From Squalus acanthias (Eukaryota): 64,000 nt of DNA. The notes under the pieces are model-generated. The model did no database searches and was not told where the DNA came from. It saw only the letters and a list, made by a program, of their open reading frames with translations. Below, in pieces: positions 26,076 to 38,722 of this stretch. The position numbers and the translations under genes were made by a program. Where the stretch lies: positions 70,372,001 to 70,436,000 of the forward strand of contig CM059438.1 of assembly GCA_030390025.1 (NCBI GenBank), read 5' to 3'. Position 1 is the first letter of the stretch; every line of letters starts with the position of its first letter.

Positions 26076-26963
26076 CTTCTTTTTTTCTCTGTTTTTCTCT
26101 CCACGGATGTTGCGTGACCTGCTGAGTATTTGCAACAAGTTCTGTCTTCTCAAAGGCCTTCATTTACCATCCGGGTTCTTGCAAGCGTCCAGCAGCACTC
26201 CCTACACACTTAAAAAACTTTTTACATCTATTGTAGCAAGCCACCACTTCAATAAAATCAACAAAACCCAGTCCAAAACCTTAAATTCAAACTTACCTGA
26301 ATGATGTGTGTGTCCCTTTAAGAGGTGCAGACATCGCCACTGTCGGCCTGCTTGGGACCCAGCGCTGAATTCAGCATTAGGGTCGAAGTTCGCGCCTGTC
26401 ACGTAAAGTCGGCGTTGCACGCCGATTTACGTCGCAACACCGCCGTTTTTTTCAGCATGGCGCTGGCAGTTACTGGCCGCACAAAGGTAAGGATTTTTTC
26501 AGATTTCCAGCAGACATGGTGGGCCGGGGCTTTCTGGTCTTCTCGTGCCAGAGAAGAAGTGGAAGTGTGTGCAAATCAACACGGGATTGTGCAGCGCTGG
26601 AGGATCACCTCAGGGTGGACCACTGAAGATTTTCTCTCTCTGCCCACCCACTCAAGGATGCAGGGATTTGCCAATGTACGCACTAATAATGGCATGCGTC
26701 ATGAACTCGTCGTTATTTTCCAGGAAGATTTGGACCAATATTGATTGTGACAATTTCTGTTGCTAATTAGTCTTAATTTCACTGCTACTCAGGCCACCGC
26801 TGCTATCTGCAGGATCTATTATTAGCAAAGCAACTGTAGGACTGTAACTGTAGCAACTTAATCCACACTGTTACAAAATGAGTAGCACCACATGAGTGAA
26901 ATACATTTCTTCCCCATGGTCCATCACAAAGGTTGCTGCTTGTGTGACAATTGAATCATAATA

Positions 26964-27369
26964 CAGGAAACTTTTGTTTATCTGGCACCCAAATATCCGG
27001 AATTCTCGCTTAACCGGCAAAAATCATCCTCCGAAAACTCCTCTCAAATAACCGGCAATGTTGCCGAGTCGCAGTCGAGTCTCCGCAAATGCCGAGTACT
27101 CCGAAAACTCCTCTCAAATAACCGGCAATGTTGCCGATCCTGAGTCCGAGTCCGAGTCCGCGAACGCCGATTTCGTCAGTAGGGGTAGTTTTCAAAAGTG
27201 CCACTACTCGGCCTCCTGGCGCTGTCGGAAGTATACTGCACATTTCTTGATTTATTTATTTTTCTTTGTTAAAAATAGCCTCGGTAGATATAACTCTCTG
27301 TTATCCGGTACTTTCGATAAACCGGCACCACGCCGGTCCCGTCGGTGCCGGTTAATAAAGAGTTTCCTG
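26964..27369. mobile_element. Tc1/mariner (Tigger-like) MITE
   Basis: TA-caggaaact...agtttcctg-TA; internal duplication with 70-bp period (27029-27067 = 27099-27137). Confidence 0.8.
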
Positions 27370-27484
27370 TAGATGACTACAAAATGCAGAGATGTGGGGC
27401 TGTAAACTGAAGTATTCACCTCTTCAAATAATACCAGCATACAGAAGGGAACATTGTTATTTTTAATTTAGTCACCTGATGTCT

Positions 27485-27925
27485 CATACTTAGGAGTGTG
27501 TTAATGTATGATACCAGGCACTTGGGAGCGTGCTACTGTAACAAACCAGCTACTTAGATGTGGGTGAATATATGATAACAAATAACAGGGAGTGTGTTAA
27601 TACATGATAGCAGATATTTGGGTCTATGTTCATGTTGGATAATGGGTACTCAGCTGTATGTCAGTAGACACTAATAAATACTTAGTGGTGTATTACATAA
27701 AAGATAACTGATACTTAAGAGTGTGTTTCTATAAGATAACAGACACCAGGGCGTGTTAATATAGGAGTACAGATGTTAGGAATGTGTTATCTATGTGATA
27801 ACAAATAATGAGAAGTTTATTAACTATATATAGGCTGACAGATACTTAGAAGTGTGTTATTTGCTGGCTCATAGATACCTAAGAATGTGTTACATAGAGG
27901 ATAACATATTTAGCATAACATATTT
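27485..27925. repeat. Old degenerate tandem repeat, about 32-bp period, about 13 copies
   Basis: Recurrent acttaggagtgtgttaatatatgataacagat-like units. Confidence 0.75.
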
Positions 27926-27948
27926 AAAGACTTTGTTATAAGGCTGTA

Positions 27949-28216
27949 CAGGGATCCCTCCCCAACCGCGGGGATATGTCCCTGAAAACCCCCGTGGTTA
28001 GTAAAACCGCGGTTGGCAAATTCAGTATAAATGTGTATAAACACAATAAAAAAGAATATAAAAAGCATAAAAATCATGTTATTTACCTTATTCCTAAATT
28101 AAAAACCGCTGATACGCGAATTTCACGGCCGCGGTTGGCAAAAATTGTCGCAGAGAGGAAACCGTGTATATGTGAAGTCCGCGTATGGCAAACCCGCAGT
28201 TGGGGCAGGATTCCTG
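27949..28216. mobile_element. Tc1/mariner (Tigger-like) MITE
   Basis: TA-cagggatccctccccaaccgcggg ... cccgcagttggggcaggattcctg-TA. Confidence 0.8.
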
Positions 28217-29900
28217 TACTATATAAGAGAATCAAGCCTTGGTTGAAACGATACAATATGTTGCATTATTGAAATACACGACTATATATTTTTAAATAGT
28301 ACATACAATTATAATATATACAAGGCTGACCAGATTATCTGAGTGTAAGCATATCTTTAGAGAGAGAGAATCATTATGTAGGAAATCAGGATGAGGAGTT
28401 GATTGGAAGCAGAAGATTGTCACTGTTTTATATTGTTACTTCTAACTGAAGCCACATGATTCCAATTGGTGTATTGCATGTACTGGCGTATATGTATTCT
28501 AAAAGAGGGATATATTTAGATTTTGCTGCACACTAATTAATGCACTCTGCACAAATGGTGAAAGTAACATTCAACTGTTTATGACAGTCACCTGAATCCT
28601 GAGACAAGATTGAACTCACTTTGTGTCCATAATTTATTTTTATATACATTGTAAACTTACTAAGGCCAGCTTGACTCCATTCTGAGCCTCTTTTGGTAGC
28701 TGTGGCTCCTGTGGAAGATACTGATAGCCAGTGCACCCAGTGTAGTTGATGTGTGATATTACCATGCTGAAGGATTGAGATTGGGAATGCTGCACATTAC
28801 TGAATCACAGTCCATTCATAATAAGATGGTCATAAGATATAACAGGTCACATTCATTTTTTTCTCTCTCCATTTCTCAAGAGTCTCTGTCAATGAACAAA
28901 GATACCAACTGGGCCCAGTAACAGGAACAGCCACATTACTCACTACCATTCACAATACTTGAAAGAGATTTAGTTTGCTCCCCCTTTTCTATGCAGCATT
29001 ACTTGACTGGGAGGCAAGCAGTAGATCTGTTTCCAAGCCTTTGCCAATTCCACACGATAATCTGCCACCAGGAGGCATGAGAGAGCTGTAGAGATTGACT
29101 CAAGCTCTCATCTTCTTTCCCTCCCACTGCTGGAAGTGCCTTGCCTCCAACTGAAAGCTGAACTGAAATCATGAATTCAGCAGCAGGCTACAAATTTGCT
29201 CCTAACACAACCCACCATCAGTTATCTTCCAAACACGTTATTGAGGAAAAATGCAGCGATTCAAGTGCACCTGACGTGATCCCTGAGAAGCCATCTTCAG
29301 TCCGAATCTGCGGTACAGTTCTTTTATCTCCAAATGCAGGCTAAAGTATGCTTGCTTCATTTAATTCACTCCTAATATGACTGTAACATTCCTTTGTCCT
29401 GAGTTCACATAAGCATGGTACAACACCTATGCTTGCACATAGGCATGCTCCCCGACAATGTCTTGCCATGTCAAGTTTTGCTGAATGAGAAATTCCATTC
29501 CCACTCATGTTGAAAGAAATATGAAAATTGGCAAATAATTTCCTAGAAGATATCCACCCATTCCAATTAATTATTTAGCTGGTTTTGCAACAACTAGAAT
29601 CTACTACTTCAGAGGTGGATGGTGAAAGATATTTAACCATTTGTGTTACATATGTGGTTATAAATTACTTTTTTTCCCTCGGTTTTCTCTCCTTCCAAAT
29701 AGCACTGGTTCCATGAGTGCTGACTGTAGCCATTCTTCATACGTGAGCCTCGTCCATGCTATGCATGCTATTCAACTGTTGGGGCATCATATCTGAGCTT
29801 GATTCCATCCACACATACACACACACTCACACTCACTGGAGGGGCGCTGGAGAATAATCAGGAGCTGATTTCCATTTCTCCTCAATCTCAGGAGTGCTGA

Positions 29901-30243
29901 AAGAAAGAAAGAACTTGCATTAATATAGTGCCTTTCATGACCTCAGGACATCCCAAAGTGCTTTACAGCCAATTAAGTACTTTTTGAAGTATAGTTACTG
30001 TTGTAATGTAGGAAATGCAGCAGCCAATTTGCGCACAGCAAGGCCCCACAAACAGCAATGAACAAATGACCAGATAATCTGTTATAGTGACGTTGGTTGA
30101 GAGATAAATATTAGCCAGGACACCGCGGATAACTCCACTTCTCTTCTTTGAAATAGTGCCTAGGGATCTTTTACATCTCATTTTCTGTTATCACATAGAT
30201 AACACATTCCTAAGATCGGTTTAACATCTCATCCGAAAGACAG
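29901..30243 (-). mobile_element. Deu-domain SINE (shorter copies at about 13815-13880, 14860-14947, 54237-54370, 59708-59850)
   Basis: gaacttgcat...gcctttcatgacctcaggacatcccaaag...gcagccaatttgcgcacagcaagg, with an L2-like tail. Confidence 0.8.
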
Positions 30244-30264
30244 AAGAAGTCATTAGTAGGATGC

Positions 30265-30385
30265 TCATTGCTGGCCTGGCCAAATCTGCAGTCTCAGCAC
30301 AGACCCGGGATCGAACCTGGTAACCTTCTGGCCAATATGTCTCTGTATCACCCCGGATAGTGCATTTACCCACTCAGCCACTGAG
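30265..30385 (-). mobile_element. Ancient tRNA-derived SINE head (second copy at about 42880-43110)
   Basis: Minus strand gtggctgagtgg (A-box-like) ... ggttcgatccc (B box) ...ggtctgtgctgag. Confidence 0.55.
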
Positions 30386-31197
30386 GAGAGGAAATTATTC
30401 ATGCAGTAGGAGACCAGTACATAATTACATATTAAATTGCAGGTAGCCACAAAGGCATAAAAACATTTTTTTTCAAAAGAAATGATAATTAACTATTTGG
30501 CTCATGATCAGAACTCTTCATAGTTTTGCATTCAAACTGCTGCTGTGATCTTGGCAGGATCACGGGAGAGAAACAGAAAAAATGTAATAACCAGCAACAC
30601 CCACACCTGCAATCTCACAACAGGAATGAAATCTAAACTAATTATCCAAAACTTTTTGCTTCATTGTCTGCTTTGACACGTGGCTTTGCTTCGTTTTTTT
30701 TAAAAAGGGACATGCTTTTGGAATAAAGTGCTGTTGTTTTGGGAGCATGCAGTGTCAGCGTCAGGCACTCCCAGTGGGGGATGATGTGGCTTTAATTCTG
30801 CTGCACCACCGTATCTCAGCTCATTCACACTGTAACCAACGTCGGAGCAAAGCTGTTTCACTTTGCATTGTTGCTGAGGCTAAAGTGTGCAGCCTGAATC
30901 TAGAGTTAGTGCCCCGACTTCACACTGAACAAAGTGGAGTGAGACTTCCGGGAGGAAGGACTCTCAATCCACTTCCCTTTGGAGTCAGTTTGGGTCCTGA
31001 CACCTGATTAAACTTGTAGAATGTTGAATGCACCGTTAGCACCAACCTCAGAAGAGCACCAGTGTGGCATTTTTAAATTTCCCACAATAGCCATGCCAGA
31101 GGTCCACAGCACATGTTAATCTGAGAGACTGCCAGTTTACTGTCAGTTTGGTTTTGTGAGCGCCCACGGGCTGGATTGAGATTGTGGAAGCCTATTT

Positions 31198-31425
31198 CAC
31201 ATAGAATCACAGAACCATACAGCACAGAAGGAGTTCTTTGGGTCGATCTTGCCTGTGCCAGCTCTTTGAAAGAGATACCAATTAGTCCCACTCCAAACTC
31301 TTTCCCCATAGCCCTGCAATTTTTTTCCCCCTCAAGTATTTATCCAATTCCCTTTTGAAAGTTACCATTGAATCTGCTTCCACCACTCTTTCAGGCAGTG
31401 AATTCCTAATCATAGCAACTTGCTC
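31198..31425 (-). mobile_element. CR1 3' tail (others at about 4352-4500 -, 21650-21797 +, 51740-51975 +, 53630-53925 +, 55900-56315 -)
   Basis: catagaatcacagaaccatacagcacagaaggag and related CR1 3'-UTR sequence. Confidence 0.75.
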
Positions 31426-31948
31426 CGTAGGATCCTTACAGCCAGTCTACCACCAGCCTTGGCTAGATTTCAACTTTGAAAATTTGAGGGGAGAAATTGG
31501 GCACCTTAGCACCTCCCGTTAGAGCCTCCGGGGGGCGCTACTGGCTTTGCGACCGGGCGCGGCGATAGTACCGACGCTCGCGAAATTCAAGTGGAGGTTT
31601 GTGGCGGCGGTAACCACTAGCACCAGGCTGTCCTGCGGCCCGAGATCGTGACATCATCCGGGTGCGCAGCTCTGAAATTCACTCTCGCCCCCTGCCTGAG
31701 CGCCTGCCGTTAGCAACGACAGGTAGAGGAGGCGGAATGCAGTCGGATGAGTGCTGGAGGAGCGCTATATAAAGGCGTCAACATCCGGTTTTTTTAGTCG
31801 GCAAAGAATGCTGCCTTGTCAGTTTGACAAAAGCAAACAGGCGTTTTGAGCGATTTGAACATCCTCAACTTGAAGGAGTATTCTGGCTGAGAAAAATGTA
31901 TCACTTTCATTTGGGTTACATTTGATAGTGCAACATTTCCATCATTTA

Positions 31949-33099
31949 ATGGGGGCTGTACTGGCACTGGACCTCGCCCTCCAGCGTCATCGTCAGAGGC
32001 AGTGGAGGCAGAGAGAAAGATTGCAAAATGTGGCCAGAGGGAGGAGGACCAACAGGGCTCTCAGCAGGAGGCCTTACCCTCCCAGGGTATTCCGGCAGCA
32101 TTTCTCCTACATCAATCTCACTGAGGAGTAGTGTCTTAGAAGGCTCCGCTTCACCAAGGAGATGGTCACAGAGCTCTGCCACCTCTTGCAGCCAGACCTC
32201 GAGCCTCACATCAGGAGCACCACGTCTCTCTCAGTGGCAGTCAAGGTCACCATCGCCCTCAATTTCTAAGCCAGCGGATCCTTACAGTGTGCAACAGGAG
32301 ACATATCTAACATATCGCAGTGCGCCATCCATTGCCGCATCCGCGAGGTCACAGATGCTCTCTACAGAAGGAGAAGGGACTACATTTTCTTCCCCATGAC
32401 CAGAGAGAAGCAGTGTGAGCATGCATGTGGCTTTGCCAGGATAGCAGGCTTCCCCATGGTGCAGGGCACCATTGACTGCACCCTCGTCGCTTTGCGTCAC
32501 CTCATAACAATCCTGAGGTATTCCGTAACCGCAAAGGCTACCACTCACTTAATGTGCAGTTGGTGTGCGACCACACACAGCGAATCCTCAATGTCAATGC
32601 CTGCTATCCTGGCAGCAGCCACGATGCCTTCATCCTGTGCCAGCACTCTTCCAGCCACCACATCAAGCTCACGGCTGACTGCTGGGAGACAAGGGCTATC
32701 TGTTCTCCACCTGGCTCATGACTCCCCTCCGCAACCCCAGCACTCGTGCCCAACACTCATACAATGAGAGCCATGCTGCTACCAGGAACATCATTGAGAA
32801 GACCATCCAAGTGCTCAAGCAACGGTTCAGCTGTATTGACCACTCGGGAGGAGCCCTCCAGTACTCGGCTGAGCGGGTGTCCTTTTTCATCGTCGTCTGC
32901 TGCATGCTGCTTGACCATCATGAGGGTGCAGCCATTGCCACCAGGCAGAGCCGCACCACCTCAGGAGGAGGAGGAGGATGACATGGAAGAGGAGGAGGAT
33001 GACGAGGAGGAGGAGGGGGAACAGGAGCACAAACAGTCACTCCATCGGCCTTGTGGAAGGGCGGTCCGTGACCGCCTCATCAGACTGCGGTTCCAATGA
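31949..33099 (+). pseudogene. Harbinger (HARBI1-like, DDE_Tnp_4) transposase pseudogene
   Basis: [77 protein letters not shown]; in-frame stops at about 32129 and 32267 plus frameshifts. Confidence 0.92.
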
Positions 33100-33264
33100 A
33101 TTCGAGGCCACTTCCCGATTGCTCATCCAGTCCCCATCATTCCATCAATTTCTCATTCCATACCACACCCCAAAGCTGAAATGAGACACATCACCATTTC
33201 TGCAACATTCCAATAATAAATTTATACACAATCAGTAACCACATATATACAACAACAATATTAA

Positions 33265-34698
33265 CTAATCACCCTTGTGCAAACCCTTACTTGCCCTCTT
33301 TACAGTGCCTTTTCCTAATCTAGTGCTCCTACGTAGTGTCTCCCCAGTGGCTGCAGCAGGGCTGGTGGAAGGCTGCTGAGTGTCGGTCCCAGAAACTACA
33401 GATGGCCTTGCAGGACGCCCTCGACTAGCTCTGGGCCTGGAAGGCCCGGCTGTACACTGTGCCACCTCAGGATGGGCGGCGGCAGTCTGGACTGGCTGCA
33501 TGACAGGCAGCGACAAGGGCAATGGCGGAGTGGCAGTGGTGGGAGCAGGAATGCGGTCATCCTGAGAGAGGACAGCAGGTTCCTACTCCATTGACACACT
33601 GCCACTCCCCTGGGGCAGCAGCTCAGCGTCCCCACCAATCTGCTGCATCACAGATTGCTGGGCTGCTGCGACACCGTGAGATTCCCGGTGGACTGTGGTG
33701 GTCCCAGCGACGATGGCAGCAGTCAGAGCTTTCGTGACATCAAGCTGAGACTGCATGAGAGCAGTCTGAGACTGGATGGCATCAACCATTGACTGCATTA
33801 CAGCACTAAGACATTGCGTAGCTTCCACCTGTGCTGCAATGGATGCTGCCACATCGCCCATGACATGTGGCATGAGGTCTGGGTCCCCACAGTCTCTCAG
33901 GGAGTCCACCATCCTTTGCAGACTGCCAAGAATGGACTCCATGGTGTGCGCAGAGCTCTGTGCAATGTTGGAGGCGGACTCCTCCACGCTCCTTACCATT
34001 GACGACAGGCTCGTGGGCACCCTTGCCATTGCATCTATCATCTCGGTGTGCATGCCCATTACCCTTCTTGTGAACGTCTCCCCATCAAGGTCCTCATCTG
34101 AGTCCTGCGCAGCAGAACTCACGCGCAAACTCGTCCTCTGGGGACCTGGCTCCTGAGCTACCCTTTCTCCCTGGTCTTGCTGCAGCCGCTCATCCCCGGT
34201 GCATCACCCAGTGCAGACCCCTCTACTAAACTTGCCTCTAAAGATCGCGTAGTGCCAGTATCTGAGGTGGTGCCTGCGGGTGAGAGATGCAGTGACGCGG
34301 TGCTTTGTTCCTCCTCCTCTCCTCCTTCCTCACTCTCAGTGGGAGGCTCAAGGACAGGCTGGTCATCTGGTTGCTGATTCTCTGAAAGCTTAAAGGCACA
34401 AGACTCGCATTTAGGTGAGGGAAGGGGGGCAGGAAGGGAGCAAGGAATGCAGACAGTATCAGGAGCTGGAAATTAGGAAAGGCTTGTGGTGTGAGGGGGA
34501 AGTAGGATGAGAGACGGAGAGGGGATGAACAGACCGTCATTGCCCTCAAGGGGGATCGACATTGCCGACCGCCACGCCGCCCACCACCTGCTGCTGAATG
34601 AGTCGCAGCACTCGCTCCTCCAGGTCTGAGAGCTGCTGGAGCTGCTCATCACCCCCGCCTGTTCTGTGCTGCTCCCTCCTATTATGAGCCATCTTGGC
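33265..34698 (-). pseudogene. Harbinger second (Myb/SANT-associated) gene, spliced 3' exons
   Basis: Acceptor cccttgcag|gcc (exon starts 34698; AKMAHNRREQHRTGGG...LSDLEERVL) and acceptor ctttcag|aga (34381); helical ORF 33583-34128; stop at 33265. Confidence 0.7.
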
Positions 34699-35496
34699 CT
34701 GCAAGGGAAACAAATGTGTGCGAATCAGAGTCCAGCTGTGTGTTTGGGAGCTATGTCTGCGTAGTTGAATAGCTGTGATTGTAGGCAAGGTGTTGAGATG
34801 TGGATGTGAGTTTGAGTAGGTGCAGATGCTTGGTGGGTGAGTGGTGGGAGTGCAGTGGTTTGTGCAGTGTCTGTTTATTTCAGCACTCACCATCCACACA
34901 ATGCCTCTGCTAGAGATTTGCACATGTTGGCATGCTCTTGGTTTGGATAAAGAGTGACTGTATCTCATTTGGCACTTTCTGGCAGACTCCTCACATAATC
35001 GGAGGAGGAACAGCTTCGCAAAAGCAATGTATAATCGCAGTGGCCACGACAGCAAGATTGGTATGAAACTTCCGTGTAAGTAGGCTGTGCAGTGCCATCC
35101 TGGATATACTCAGCATGCGGGCACATCTCCTAATGCCCAAGGACAATTGGCACTCTTTCTTACAACAACTGGAAACAACAGCAGCTTGCATTGTATGGTG
35201 TTCTTCACATGGAGAACACAGCCCTGGCACTTTACATAAAGCTCAGGGGCGAAAGGAAGAGATAAATGGGTTGGGAAGGAGGAACAAATGCAAAGTCAAA
35301 ATGCAGGATTTGAAGGAGGTTTTTGAATGTAGGAAGGGAGATTGGCAAGTCAGTGGGATTTTGGGAAGGGAGTTCCAGAAGTTGGGGCACAATGACTGAA
35401 CGAATGGAGAATGATGGTGAGAAAGCATTGAAGTCATAGAGAATACTTTCATCAGAGCAGTCTGGACTACGTTTGAACCTCGGTCCTAATGTTGAA

Positions 35497-36545
35497 AGGA
35501 CATGGTTGTGGTGGTTGAAGGTCAATCATCACAGCCCCAGGACATCGCTGCAGGAGTTCCTCAGGGCAGGGTCCTTGGCCCAACCATCTTCAGCTGCTTC
35601 ATCAATGACCTTCCCTCCAACATAAGGTCAGAAATGGGGATGTTCGCTGATGACTGCACAGTGTTCAGCGCCATTCACAACTTCACAGATAATGAGGCAG
35701 TCCATGCCCGCATGCAACAAGATCTTAACGACGTTCAGGCTTGGGCTGGTAAGTGGCAGGTAACATTCGTGCCACAGAAGTGCCAGGCAATGATTATCTC
35801 CAACAAGCGAGAGTCTAACCACCTCCCCTTGACATTCAATGGCATTACCATCGCCGAATCCCCCACTATCAACATTCTGGGGGTCACCATTAACCAGAAA
35901 CTTAACTGGACCAGCCACATAAATACTGTGGCAACAAGAGCAGGTCAGAGGCTAGATATTCTGCAGCAAGTGTCTCACCTCCTGACTCCCCAAAGCATTT
36001 CCACCATCTACAAGGCACAAGTAAGGAGTGTGATGGAATACTCTCCACTTGCCTGGATGAGTGCAGCTCCAACAACACTCAAGAAGCTCAACACCATCCA
36101 TGACAAAGCAGCCCGCTTGATTGGCACCCCATCCACCACCTTAAACATTCACTCCCTCCACCACCGACGTACCGTGGCTGCAGTGTGTACCATCTACAAG
36201 ATGCACTGCAGCAACTCGCCAAGGCTTCTTCGGCAGCACCTCCCAAACCCGCGACCTCTTCCACCTAGAAGGACAAGGGCAGCAGGCGCATGGGAACACC
36301 CCCACCTCCAAGTTCCCCTCCAAGTCACACACCATCCTGTCTTAGAAGTATATCGCTGATCCTTCATCGTCGCTGGGTCAAAATCCTGGAGCTCCCTCCC
36401 TAACAGCACTGTGGGAGTACCATCACCACACGGACTGCAGCAGTTCAAGAAGGCGGCTCACCACCACCTTCTCAAGGGCAACTAGGGATGGGAAATAAAT
36501 GCTGGCATTGCCAGCGACGCCCACATCCCATAAATGAATTTTTAA
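35497..36545 (+). mobile_element. 5'-truncated CR1-group LINE (RT C-terminus and 3' UTR)
   Basis: GVPQGRVLGPTIFSCFINDLP, FADD, YKAQVRSVMEYSPLAW; tail cccacatcccataaatgaat. Confidence 0.92.
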
Positions 36546-37744
36546 AAAGGATCATGTTTTATGGTACACACCTCCCAGAGCTCATACATCCATGTTCATT
36601 ACTCTCCAGGCAGCACAGGGAACCTCAATGAATATTGTCTTTATTTCCAAGTTATGGCTGCGTGTCCTGCAGTGCTCAAAAGTCAATTACTGCTTTACAA
36701 TTCTTCTATTATCACCTCTATTTGCCCGTTTAATACTGATCAATGTTATGGCTAACTGGTGTACTTGAAATAACACAGGTCCTCATTTAACTGTGTTTGG
36801 AATCTCATTCCATGCACACGCAGAGGCCTAAGGGTAAAAGTGTTTGCCAGCTTCAGAGGTGTTTGCTCCTTATAGGACACTGATTTCCCAAGTTGAAGAA
36901 ACTGATATCAAATAATGCAGTTGGACATTAGCTATATCTTTAGGGATTCAGGTACAGCCTGTGTTCTTCTTACTGCCTATGTGTGAGTTTAATCACTGAA
37001 AAAGCTGCTTAAAAATCTACTTCTTTCGTAGATTTTGTGCCTCATTTCTCTTCTCATTTGGTTCCTGTGTGACACATGCCATTTCCTTCCCAAGATACAG
37101 ATAATCACCCTTTCTGTTACCGACTGGTCGGTGGTTTTATGTCAGCCCAGGATGACCTGCCCATCTGATTCCCCCGCTTCCTGCCTTCTTATTGGGGCAG
37201 TACTCTGATGTCATGGCTGCCTTGAGGAAGCTTACCATGTCGGGAATTGCTGGTGTAAAGCCATTGTCTGTCATGCATGGCACAGAGCATTGATGCACCA
37301 ACACACTGTAACACTGTGCTGGGCAACCTCAATCTTCAGAGGTTTTCTTTTTGTTAAGGTACCACAATGGAAGTGATATTTATTGATTTCCATGTAATGT
37401 AAACTGACTCATTCTGAATTTCATTCTGATCACATTGTTTAATGTAGTACTATCTCCTGTGGCCTTGTTCGTGGTGAGTTGGAGCAAATTCTATGACTTT
37501 TAGCTGTGTTTGTTGTAACAAACTGAGAGAAGTTGCAGCACCGCCTTTGGAACACACAAGATTAGCCGGCCTTCCTGTAATATTGATTTTCCGAGGTGCC
37601 ATCCACGGAGAAAGTAAGAATAGCGATTACATTGTTAGCAGCTAAAGGATTTTATAAATACTAGTCAAGCTCCCATGGTGTTATACACAGGAAGTCAAAA
37701 GAGAGTGCATTATTCAGGTCAAGCAGAATTAGAGGGCAGGGGGA

Positions 37745-37960
37745 TCATTGAACCCAGGGAAGGGGTGGAGGGAGGAGGCAGGATAGATGGAGCAGTTGAG
37801 AGATGGCTATTGAGAGAGAAAGAGTAGGAGAGAGGGAGAGGAGGGAGAGAAGCTGGTCAGAGGGAGGGGCACAGAGAAGGGAGCGGAAGAGAAGGGGGGA
37901 GAGGGGACAGGAAGATTAGCGAATAGAGGATACGGGGGAATGGTGGAAGGAGAATGGGAA
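37745..37960. repeat. GA-rich low-complexity tract
   Basis: Nearly pure polypurine runs. Confidence 0.7.
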
Positions 37961-38596
37961 TGCGGGAGCAAAGGCAGGGAAACTACATCGGCGGGATGGG
38001 GATGGGTTAAGATGCTGCGGAGCCCCTTCCTCCCATATTTTGTTCTCAATGGAGTTGGGCTGTGACAGGGCCGGATTGGTCTGCACAACGGGTCGTGTGA
38101 ATCCGGTAGGTCCAGCAGCAGAAAATGTGCCGGGCGTGAAACAGCTGAACACGGTGGGGTGGTGGGGGGTGGAGGTGTGGGTGGGGGGGTGGGGGGGGCG
38201 ACCACAAAGGGACATGCCACTGGGGCAGTTGCTGAGACTGAAGATTTATGACATCAACTTGAAAGAGTGACCATCTCCGTACTGCAGTCTGTGGCCATTT
38301 CTTGCCAGGAAACTCTCATAATTGGAGGAGGAAAGTTTGAGCAATAGTACGTATGATGACAATGGCCAGGAGAGTAAAAAGTGAACAAAGTTTCTCGGTC
38401 TGTAAATGGGCAGTCTTGGCTCCCCAACTGGTGAAGCAAGGTGTGATGCTGGTCATGGTATTTGATACTTTAAGAGTCAAACATTCTGTAGTTAAATCAC
38501 TTTAACAGTAAGGCAACTGATTTTTAAGGTCAACTATTGAATGAACTGACCTGCTGACAGATGAACATCTACTGTTGGAAGTCATAAAGAGAGGAT

Positions 38597-38722
38597 GGGG
38601 TAGACGTTCTACTTACTGCCCAGGCATCAAGCTGGCATTGTGATTGACTGCCCTTTATGGAAACCACCTCATTTTTATTTCCTTTGATTTTACACATGGG
38701 TGACAAGTTGAAAATCTATCTC
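38597..38722. mobile_element. Small MITE (family of 63473-63661)
   Basis: ggggtagacgttctactt / aagttgaaaatctatctc imperfect TIRs. Confidence 0.55.

Larger units (their letters stand above)
31488..34890. mobile_element. Decayed two-gene PIF/Harbinger transposon, right end missing
   Basis: Left TIR ggggagaaattggg preceded by tga; convergent transposase (+) and second gene (-). Confidence 0.9.

Noticed and set aside
26457..26492. Alternative first exon atggcgctggc...aaag|gtaagg for a short ASTN2 isoform
   Set aside because: A phase-0 donor is incompatible with the phase-1 start of the 40197 exon, and the context looks transposon-derived.
31949..33099. Domesticated HARBI1 gene
   Set aside because: Multiple stops and frameshifts, an adjacent TIR and a partner gene indicate a dead transposon copy.
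34900..35235. Cys/His-rich short frames resembling a zinc finger
   Set aside because: Spacing does not fit RING or B-box, and there are no convincing splice sites.
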